Origin: Candidatus Electrothrix yaqonensis
Lineage (GTDB): Bacteria > Desulfobacterota > Desulfobulbia > Desulfobulbales > Desulfobulbaceae
DNA length: 32,000 nucleotides
Assembly (NCBI GenBank): GCA_047651235.1
Contig: CP178758.1
Coordinates: forward strand, 3,030,001 to 3,062,000
Reading direction: 5' to 3'
The position numbers and the translations under genes are program-made. The notes beneath the pieces are model-generated. The model was not told where the DNA came from, ran no database searches, and saw only the letters and a list, made by a program, of their open reading frames with translations. Of the stretch, positions 26,111 through 32,000 are shown piece after piece. How positions within the stretch are numbered: position 1 is the first letter of the stretch; each line of letters opens with the position of its first letter.

Positions 26111-27313
26111 ATGACAATTAATCTGGTCAATAATTTTCCACAGAAAACAATCCGGCTGCCCGAAAACCTGCTGCGGCAGCACACCGCCTTTCTGCTCCGG
26201 CGTATGGGTATGAGCGGCAGATCGGTGAGCATCGTGCTCATGGATGATGCGGCAATGGCGGAATATAATCAGCAGTACCGCTCCAAATCAGGGCCGACCA
26301 ACGTGCTTTCGTTTCCGGCAGCACAGAACTCTCCTGATCTGGTCGGGATCCCTGCGGAACTGACTGCGGATGAATTGGGCGATATTCTTATTTCGGTGGA
26401 TACAGCCCGAAAAGAGGCCAAAGAAAAACAGATCTCCCTGCAGCAGCGGCTTACTGAGCTGATCATCCACGGCCTGCTCCACCTTGCAGGATATGACCAT
26501 GAAGGGTCGGAACAGGAAGCCGAGGTTATGTTCAGCATGGAAAAAAAATTGTTCTGCTCACTTCAACATATCTATTCAGAGAGAAGAAAAATGCCGAAAC
26601 TTGCCATTAATGTTGATCATATTGCTACTATCCGGCAGGCCCGTGGAGGAGCGGAGCCTGATCCGGTTCTGGCTGCCGGAATCTGCGAACTTGCCGGAGC
26701 CAAAGGCATTGTCGTGCATCTGCGGGAAGACCGGCGCCATATCCAGGACCGGGACGTCCGTCTGCTCCGGCAGACCGTAAAAACCCGGTTAAATCTGGAG
26801 ATGGCCGCGACCAAGGAGATCATCGCCGTTGCCTTGGAGGTTGTGCCGAATATGGTCACTCTGGTACCGGAAAAGAGAAAAGAACTGACCACCGAAGGCG
26901 GCTTGGACATCATCAGCAATGCAAAAAAAATCAGAAAGACGATTGAAAAAATGAGCGGGGCCGGAATCCCTGTTTCTATTTTTATTGATCCGGATATTGA
27001 GCAGATCAAGGCGGCTCTGGATGCGGGCGCGATCTATGTGGAACTCCATACCGGCCGCTACTGCGATGCGGGAAATGAAAAGGAACGGGACAGAGAGTTT
27101 CATCTGATTGAGGTGGCAGCGGAATATGCCTTTGAAGCGGGTCTGCGGGTGAATGCCGGGCACGGCCTGGACTACCGGACCACCACCAGAATCGCGGCCC
27201 TGCCCGCCATTGAGGAACTGAGCATCGGTCATGCCGTAATTGCCCGGTCCGCCTTTGTCGGCCTGGATCAGGCGGTACGGGAAATGCAGGCCTGCATCGA
27301 CAGAGCAGGATGA
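26111..27313 (+). CDS. single continuous ORF encoding YbeY endoribonuclease (aa 1-~155) followed in frame by pyridoxine 5'-phosphate synthase PdxJ (from internal ATG 26591)
   Basis: The YbeY part has GPTNVLSFPA and ELIIHGLLHLAGYDHE. The PdxJ part has MPKLAINVDHIATIRQARGGAEPDPV...HLREDRRHIQDRD...VTLVPEKRKELTTEGGLD...ELHTGRY...VNAGHGL. No stop codon separates them. PdxJ may also initiate independently at 26591, where GAGAGAAG lies upstream. Confidence 0.85.
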   Translation: MTINLVNNFPQKTIRLPENLLRQHTAFLLRRMGMSGRSVSIVLMDDAAMAEYNQQYRSKSGPTNVLSFPAAQNSPDLVGIPAELTADELGDILISVDTARKEAKEKQISLQQRLTELIIHGLLHLAGYDHEGSEQEAEVMFSMEKKLFCSLQHIYSERRKMPKLAINVDHIATIRQARGGAEPDPVLAAGICELAGAKGIVVHLREDRRHIQDRDVRLLRQTVKTRLNLEMAATKEIIAVALEVVPNMVTLVPEKRKELTTEGGLDIISNAKKIRKTIEKMSGAGIPVSIFIDPDIEQIKAALDAGAIYVELHTGRYCDAGNEKERDREFHLIEVAAEYAFEAGLRVNAGHGLDYRTTTRIAALPAIEELSIGHAVIARSAFVGLDQAVREMQACIDRAG

Positions 27314-27668
27314 TTGATGATCGGCAGGTTTATCACCCTATAAAAACAGGATGGTTGCCCGAACAGAAGATGTCATCACCACCGCTGATCAATATGCCCG
27401 TGACAACAGCGGCCAGCCCGTTTCCTATCTTTCCACCTGGCGTATCCGAAAAGAAGAAATTGCTCATGAACGCCAGCAGCAGGAGCAGATCAAGACCGGC
27501 CTGATCTTTTTCTGATGCCGAACAACGGATCATCCGGGCAGCTTTATCTGATAGCAGCGGAAAAAATAAATTATCAGATAAAATTACCTGATATTAAGAT
27601 ATCGCGTTAATGTTCCCGATAATATGACAGTTAAGCTGTTATCGGGCAGAATTCCTTGATAATCAATG

Positions 27669-27849
27669 GTTCCAAAGGCGCGCCCCTTCGGGCCACGCCT
27701 TTGGAATGCCGAGTTGACCGTACCGGCCCAACATTTGATTCCTGCGGCGCTGCGCGCCTTCGGAACCAAACGTTGGACTCGAAATTTTCCCGCAATAATC
27801 AACCGCAAGCGGCCATTATACCAGGAAAATTCCGGTCAACTCGGCATTA
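27669..27849. repeat. 181-bp structured element, copy 1 (starts exactly at the GTT of an attC R' box)
   Basis: 180/181 identical to 29192-29372. It has an 11-bp perfect hairpin (TTCCAAAGGCG/CGCCTTTGGAA). A 13-bp closing helix (GCCGAGTTGACCG/CGGTCAACTCGGC) encloses two further hairpins. Confidence 0.85.
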
Positions 27850-27888
27850 ACCAAACATAAATTTCAAACTTGAAAATTACTAACTCAG

Positions 27889-28668
27889 ATGCAAGAAAAG
27901 TTTTTACTTTACATTGACATACTTGGTTTTAGCGACCTTATCAAATCTGAGGAGCGGACAAAAGATCTGTACAAGATAATTGACTCACTCAATGTGCATA
28001 GCCATGATGTGTTTCAAACAATAGTATTTTCCGATACAATTTTGGTATATAACAAAGAAACGCATTCTGATGAAGATTCAGCAAAATACATCGTTTGGTA
28101 CGCTACTGAGTTTGCAGAAGATTTACACTTCAGGCTAATTGGTAAAGGCCTATATTTTCGGGCAGTGTTAACTTACGGTGAATTTGAGCATTATCATTTA
28201 AAAAACACGGAATGCTTTTTTGGAAAAGCCCTTGTCGATTCTTACAACAGTGAAAAGAACATTCAAACAACAGGGCTATTAATTGACAATGAGTGTCACA
28301 AATACTTGAGATTTTTTGCATCAGAAAAGTTTGACAATAACTGGCACTTTATCTATTTGGAACGTAGCTTCAAATATTTAGATGAAATGATGTTCGAGGG
28401 TTTACCCATTAGGCGTGAAGTGTTTATGGAAGGTGAAAATGTTCCATTTTTACTTGAAGCATTAGAATTCATTAAAGACATATACGGGAATATGCGTAAT
28501 CATCCTGTGCCAACTATTAGGACAAAATACCTCACAACATGGGATTTTTATCACCGAAAATATTCAGTAATTTTGGATTATTTGATAGGTAATAATTTCT
28601 CACCAGAGTCTGTATGTCCAAATTTTAATTGGGAGCCACTACTCAAAAGATTTGAGAATAAAACCTAA
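27889..28668 (+). CDS. cassette ORF 1: hypothetical protein with class III nucleotidyl-cyclase-like motif order in the N-terminal half
   Basis: FLLYIDILGFSDLI .. TIVFSDTILVY .. LYFRAVLTYGEF .. FFGKALVDSYNSEK parallels the cyclase homology domain blocks (vlFaDIvGFT / iGDavma.F / lRiGihtGpv / viG..VN.AaR). The Asn/Arg of the last block are not conserved. Motif-level inference only. Confidence 0.6.
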   Translation: MQEKFLLYIDILGFSDLIKSEERTKDLYKIIDSLNVHSHDVFQTIVFSDTILVYNKETHSDEDSAKYIVWYATEFAEDLHFRLIGKGLYFRAVLTYGEFEHYHLKNTECFFGKALVDSYNSEKNIQTTGLLIDNECHKYLRFFASEKFDNNWHFIYLERSFKYLDEMMFEGLPIRREVFMEGENVPFLLEALEFIKDIYGNMRNHPVPTIRTKYLTTWDFYHRKYSVILDYLIGNNFSPESVCPNFNWEPLLKRFENKT

Positions 28669-28671
28669 ATT

Positions 28672-28735
28672 GGTTAACCAGTCATTCCACTGGATTTCGC
28701 AAACTGCGCGAAACCCAGTGAATTCAACGTTATAA
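28672..28735 (+). other. attC recombination site 1 (64 bp)
   Basis: R'' is GGTTAAC and R' is GTTATAA. The arms CATTC[C]ACTGGATTTCGC / GCGAAACCCAGTGAATT pair with one extrahelical C. Confidence 0.65.
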
Positions 28736-28739
28736 GAAA

Positions 28740-29135
28740 ATGAAATACACGAAAAAAGAGATACGACTTTTCCGTACAATAAATCTCGTGGCGGTTGTAA
28801 TTGGATTGCTGATACTTCTGTTTTTGAGCAAAGCCGTCGGAATGGTCATCATTGGTTTATCGCTTTTCTTTTTGTTTCGACCATTTTCGGATGATGAGCG
28901 AGCTGAATTCTCAGATTTAGTCTCGGAATACAAAATCGTGAAGAAATATGAAGAAGGTCTACCTTGGGCGATTCTTCTCGTTCTTGAAGATGGAAGTGAA
29001 ACATGGAACAAAACGATACCGGGTAGTTTTTGCGCAAGAGACCCGGAAAATGACCTGACTTTCGTATTCTCAAGTGCGGAGGACGCACTCAGGCACGCAC
29101 AAGACATTTTTCCAAATGCGATTCATCGAAAATAA
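28740..29135 (+). CDS. cassette ORF 2: hypothetical protein with two N-terminal TM helices
   Basis: The 131-aa ORF has LVAVVIGLLILLFL and MVIIGLSLFFLF followed by a ~75-aa soluble tail. No family recognised. Confidence 0.6.
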   Translation: MKYTKKEIRLFRTINLVAVVIGLLILLFLSKAVGMVIIGLSLFFLFRPFSDDERAEFSDLVSEYKIVKKYEEGLPWAILLVLEDGSETWNKTIPGSFCARDPENDLTFVFSSAEDALRHAQDIFPNAIHRK

Positions 29136-29140
29136 ACTGA

Positions 29141-29198
29141 TTATAACGAATAAATGCTGCCGACTTCGCAAGCTCAGCGGCAGATTTTTGCGTTCCAA
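29141..29198 (+). other. attC recombination site 2 (58 bp)
   Basis: R'' TTATAAC is the exact complement of the preceding junction box GTTATAA. The arms AAAT[G]CTGCCG / CGGCAGATTT pair with an extrahelical G. R' is GTTCCAA. Confidence 0.65.
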
Positions 29199-29372
29199 AG
29201 GCGCGCCCCTTCGGGCCACGCCTTTGGAATGCCGAGTTGACCGTACCGGCCCAACATTTGATTCCTGCGGCGCTGCGCGCCTTCGGAACCAAACGTTGGA
29301 CTCGAAATTTTCCCGCAATAATCAACCGCAAGCGGCCATTATACCAGGAAAATTACGGTCAACTCGGCATTA
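29192..29372. repeat. 181-bp structured element, copy 2
   Basis: See copy 1. The single difference (A at 29355 versus C at 27832) falls on a position that is mismatched in the predicted helix. Confidence 0.85.
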
Positions 29373-29395
29373 TCAATACGAATGAGGAGGAATAA

Positions 29396-29731
29396 ATGTT
29401 AGTTGTTTTTAATACAGTTGGATTTCTATGGTTACTTGTTGCATTCGGGATCGCCATTGGCTTGCAAAGTGCTGGAATTATAATTGACAAAAAAGGTGAC
29501 TATTTCTTAGAAGTAATCGCTACTTCAATAATATTATTTGATTTCGCATTCAGGTTTTTGATTGGTAAGAATCGAAAATTGGAAGAAGAAGATGAATCAA
29601 AAAACGTTACAGAAGATGTATCAGGTCACTGGTTGATAGGTTCTAAGTTTGGAGGAAGTTTAATGTTCCTACCGACTTATATTGCAGCCATATTAGGATA
29701 TCTTTTTTTGGTATTTGTTGTAAAAGTATAG
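29396..29731 (+). CDS. cassette ORF 3: small membrane protein (3 TM)
   Basis: The 111-aa ORF has GAGGAGGA 5 nt upstream of the ATG. Hydrophobic segments are VGFLWLLVAFGIAIGL, VIATSIILFDFAFRFLI and LPTYIAAILGYLFLVFVV. Confidence 0.65.
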   Translation: MLVVFNTVGFLWLLVAFGIAIGLQSAGIIIDKKGDYFLEVIATSIILFDFAFRFLIGKNRKLEEEDESKNVTEDVSGHWLIGSKFGGSLMFLPTYIAAILGYLFLVFVVKV

Positions 29732-29746
29732 AGCAATAACAGTTGT

Positions 29747-29876
29747 TGATAACAATGCCCTTCCACCCGACCGGGCTTACGGCAAGGCTTTTTGAAAGGG
29801 TTACATTTAATAAATTATTTCTGCTTTTCAACCTGTTTTGGGTATTCCGCCCGTCGGGTGAAGGGCGGCGTTAGGC
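29747..29876 (+). other. attC recombination site 3 (130 bp, long type)
   Basis: R'' is TGATAAC and R' is the canonical GTTAGGC. The arms GCCCTTC[C]ACCCGAC / GTCGGGTGAAGGGC pair with one extrahelical C. Confidence 0.75.
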
Positions 29877-29882
29877 ATTCAG

Positions 29883-30581
29883 ATGAATCTATTAAAAACT
29901 TTCATATCTATGCTGGGCGTATTTACTGCGCTAATGTACTTTCATGGGTTGGCATTTTATGAAGGTTGGATGAGTTATTGGAATTTAGAGCCTGAACTAT
30001 TCCCTATATCACTCGAAGAAACTTTAGTTTATGGCTATCGGGCATACGGTCGCTTAAGTATATGGTTATTTTATATTTTAGGCTTGACCATTTCGATAAT
30101 CATTTTTTTTGCTATATTGCGATGGCTTAGGACAACCAAGATATTTGAAAAATTCACTGATAATTTAACTAGATTTTCAATATCTACTAGCATTAGAGAC
30201 TCAGTGTTATTTAAGGATAAAATAATCATATTTTTTGTAAAGTTTTTCGGAATATCGTTTCTTCTTCTAACTTGCATCTATACGATATTCTTTGTTTACC
30301 GAGAAGCGCAACTCCAAGGATACGATGCTGGATTTGATTACCATCACACATTAAGAAATATACAAAGAACAAATCCGTTGGCCATATATAAAACTAAAGA
30401 AGGTGAGTCATACGAAGGTACGGTTGTAACTTGTAGTGAGAAGTATTGTGCTCTGTTTGCATCAGGCAAGATTATCGTTTTAGCCCTATCTAGTATTGAT
30501 TTATCCACAAGAAAAGCACCTGACATTCTGAAAAGACGGCATACGAAACACAATCCGAGACGATTCATTTACTCGGATTGA
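29883..30581 (+). CDS. cassette ORF 4: membrane protein (about 4 TM) with a small C-terminal soluble domain
   Basis: A 232-aa ORF starting 7 nt after the cassette junction. No family recognised. Confidence 0.6.
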   Translation: MNLLKTFISMLGVFTALMYFHGLAFYEGWMSYWNLEPELFPISLEETLVYGYRAYGRLSIWLFYILGLTISIIIFFAILRWLRTTKIFEKFTDNLTRFSISTSIRDSVLFKDKIIIFFVKFFGISFLLLTCIYTIFFVYREAQLQGYDAGFDYHHTLRNIQRTNPLAIYKTKEGESYEGTVVTCSEKYCALFASGKIIVLALSSIDLSTRKAPDILKRRHTKHNPRRFIYSD

Positions 30582-30604
30582 CGGAATACGGATAATGGAA
30601 AGAT

Positions 30605-30662
30605 GCCTAACAAGTAAATCAAGCGGACGCGAAAAACTGTGCCGCTTATTAAAATGTTAGGT
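30605..30662 (+). other. attC recombination site 4 (58 bp)
   Basis: R'' GCCTAAC is the exact complement of the previous junction box GTTAGGC. The inner arms are AAGCGG / CCGCTT. R' is GTTAGGT. Confidence 0.75.
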
Positions 30663-30675
30663 GTAGTCACAGAGC

Positions 30676-31017
30676 ATGACAGAAGCAGATAAAGAAATTT
30701 TAGAGATTCTGAAAGAACTATTTCGTAATAAAGATAACGAACTTATCGATCCAGATGACCTTCTTAGAGAACAAATCGTAAAATGGACAATTTATTTTTC
30801 TATTTTTTCTGTTGTTACGCTGGTTCCTGCAAAAATATTTGGGCATGCAGGTAGCGATCTTATTAATGGGGTTCTATCAGGTGTAATTGGAGTGACATTC
30901 ACATTTCTCTTTGTTTATCTAAATATTAAATCGAAGAACCCAAGTTTTATATTGTACGTGTTAACTTGGTTATCAGCCGGGAAAGCTGCCCAAGCGGATT
31001 TTCCAGGAACACTTTAA
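30676..31017 (+). CDS. cassette ORF 5: small membrane protein (2-3 TM)
   Basis: The 113-aa ORF has WTIYFSIFSVVTLVPA and GVIGVTFTFLFVYL segments. No family recognised. Confidence 0.55.
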   Translation: MTEADKEILEILKELFRNKDNELIDPDDLLREQIVKWTIYFSIFSVVTLVPAKIFGHAGSDLINGVLSGVIGVTFTFLFVYLNIKSKNPSFILYVLTWLSAGKAAQADFPGTL

Positions 31018-31041
31018 CACTATTATTATGAGGTTACCGAT

Positions 31042-32000
31042 ATGAACCAGAAGTATTCTTTTTTACGCCCAAGTATGATGACGGCTTTTGTGCTTTGTTT
31101 TTTTCTGTCCGCAGTGCAGGCTGTAGCGGAAAATCATGATAAAGCTCTTGCAATGCTGGACCGTTCTGCCAAGGCATTCAGTTCGGTGGTGAAAAAGGCC
31201 GGGCCTGCGGTGGTGTATATCGAGGTGGAAAAAAGCGCGGCGAGAGGCAGCAGCCCCGGACAGCCGAACCTGTTTGATGATCCTATTTTTGAACACTTCT
31301 TTGGAAAAAGGTTTCAGCAGAAACCGAGTCCGAGTCCGTTCAAGCGGCACGGGGCCGGTTCCGGCTTTATTATTGCGCCGGACGGCCTGATTCTGACCAA
31401 CAACCACGTAGTTGAAGATGCGGATAATATCAGAGTCAGACTGGCGGACAAACAGGAGTTTACGGCATCGGTAGTCGGTACGGACCCCCAGTCCGATGTG
31501 GCGCTGATTCAGATCGATGGAAAAAACTTACCCTTTCTGCCTCTGGGAGATTCTGACCAACTTGAGGTCGGTGAATGGGTGATCGCCATCGGCAGCCCTT
31601 TTGAATTGAGCCAGACGGTCACGGTCGGTGTGGTTTCGGCAAAAGGGCGCTCTAAAATAGGGATTAATGATTATGAAAATTTTATCCAGACCGATGCGGC
31701 CATCAATCCCGGCAATTCAGGCGGCCCGCTGCTCAATATCCACGGCAAAGTCGTGGGTATCAATACCGCTATTTTTTCCCGCAGCGGCGGCTACATGGGG
31801 ATCGGCTTCGCCATTCCCATCAACATGGCCAAAGCCATTGAAGGGCAGCTGCGCGACAAGGGCAAGGTGACCAGGGGCTGGCTCGGTCTTGCCATTCAGG
31901 ATATGAATGAAGACCTTGCCCATTCCTTCGGCGTCAACCGGGCGGAAGGAATTCTTGTCTCCGAGGTTACAGAAGGATCTCCTGCGGAGAAGGCAGGCAT
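31042..32000 (+). CDS. periplasmic serine endoprotease DegP/HtrA family, N-terminal ~320 aa (continues beyond the window end)
   Basis: Own translation from ATG 31042 (GAGG 8 nt upstream) gives the signal peptide MNQKYSFLRPSMMTAFVLCFFLSAVQA. It continues GSGFIIAPDGLILTNNHVV (His), DVALIQI (Asp), GNSGGPLLN (Ser), then the start of a PDZ domain (RGWLGLAIQDM...GSPAEKAG). Confidence 0.9.
   Translation, partial: MNQKYSFLRPSMMTAFVLCFFLSAVQAVAENHDKALAMLDRSAKAFSSVVKKAGPAVVYIEVEKSAARGSSPGQPNLFDDPIFEHFFGKRFQQKPSPSPFKRHGAGSGFIIAPDGLILTNNHVVEDADNIRVRLADKQEFTASVVGTDPQSDVALIQIDGKNLPFLPLGDSDQLEVGEWVIAIGSPFELSQTVTVGVVSAKGRSKIGINDYENFIQTDAAINPGNSGGPLLNIHGKVVGINTAIFSRSGGYMGIGFAIPINMAKAIEGQLRDKGKVTRGWLGLAIQDMNEDLAHSFGVNRAEGILVSEVTEGSPAEKAG

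Larger units (their letters stand above)
27540..31041 (+). mobile_element. integron cassette array without integrase in the window (CALIN-type), at least 5 cassettes
   Basis: A visibly AT-rich block sits between pdxJ and degP. It holds four attC sites with R''/R' boxes and bulged stems, co-oriented small ORFs, and cassette-junction complementarity (see findings). Confidence 0.7.

Noticed and set aside
27310-27533. Three mutually overlapping small ORFs after pdxJ (27310-27504 plus, 27351-27515 plus 54 aa, 27333-27533 minus)
   Set aside because: None has a recognisable family or a convincing RBS, and I cannot decide between them. It is not an acpS gene, since no MI.GIG.DIVEI-type N-terminus appears in any frame. 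They are left unannotated.
27669-27849. The 181-bp element as a giant attC site or as a retron msr/msd
   Set aside because: As an attC the box order is wrong. GTT-type sequences sit on the 5' arms and AAC-type on the 3' arms on both strands, the reverse of R''...R'. As a retron, no reverse transcriptase gene is adjacent to either copy. The downstream ORFs are a 259-aa protein without a YxDD motif and a 111-aa membrane protein.
27656-27860. 64-aa ORFs on both strands inside the 181-bp repeat (also 29074-29385 and 29089-29331)
   Set aside because: They exist only because the GC-richer palindromic element lacks stops. ORFs appear on both strands and in several frames, with no RBS. Conservation ends exactly at the element borders rather than at ORF borders.

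Overview
The window is a chromosomal segment with a conserved housekeeping backbone: aspS (partial), hisS, an NPD/FabK-like oxidoreductase, pcnB, rny, zapB/zapA with a candidate 6S RNA, a Nudix hydrolase, an MltD-like transglycosylase, yihY, trpA, a ybeY-pdxJ continuous ORF, and degP/htrA (partial). Three accessory regions interrupt it. (1) A small AT-rich insertion lies between hisS and aspS (about 800-1960). (2) A mosaic of about 11 kb (6.1-17.1 kb) is full of decayed mobile and defence modules. It holds two TA-flanked 107-115 bp MITE copies bracketing about 7 kb, and internally deleted IS481, ISAs1 and ISAzo13 remnants. It also holds a 22-24 bp tandem repeat array, a secreted 7-blade RCC1-repeat protein, and an orphan 5S rRNA with only the last ~90 nt of 23S rRNA. 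Further content is an MNT gene with a decayed HEPN partner, and a CRISPR-Cas remnant (RAMP/Cas6-like C-terminal fragment, a duplicated leader-promoter, one solitary repeat, and a 2-repeat/1-spacer mini-array). Two type II toxin-antitoxin operons are wedged between the two leader copies. A translationally coupled vWA(TerY-like)-PP2C phosphatase pair lacks the kinase of the TerY-P triad. (3) An AT-rich integron cassette array without an integrase (CALIN, 27.5-31.0 kb) has at least four recognisable attC sites and five small cassette ORFs. Two of these cassettes begin with a near-identical, highly structured 181-bp element of unknown function. All calls come from reading and translating the sequence by eye; no database search was run.
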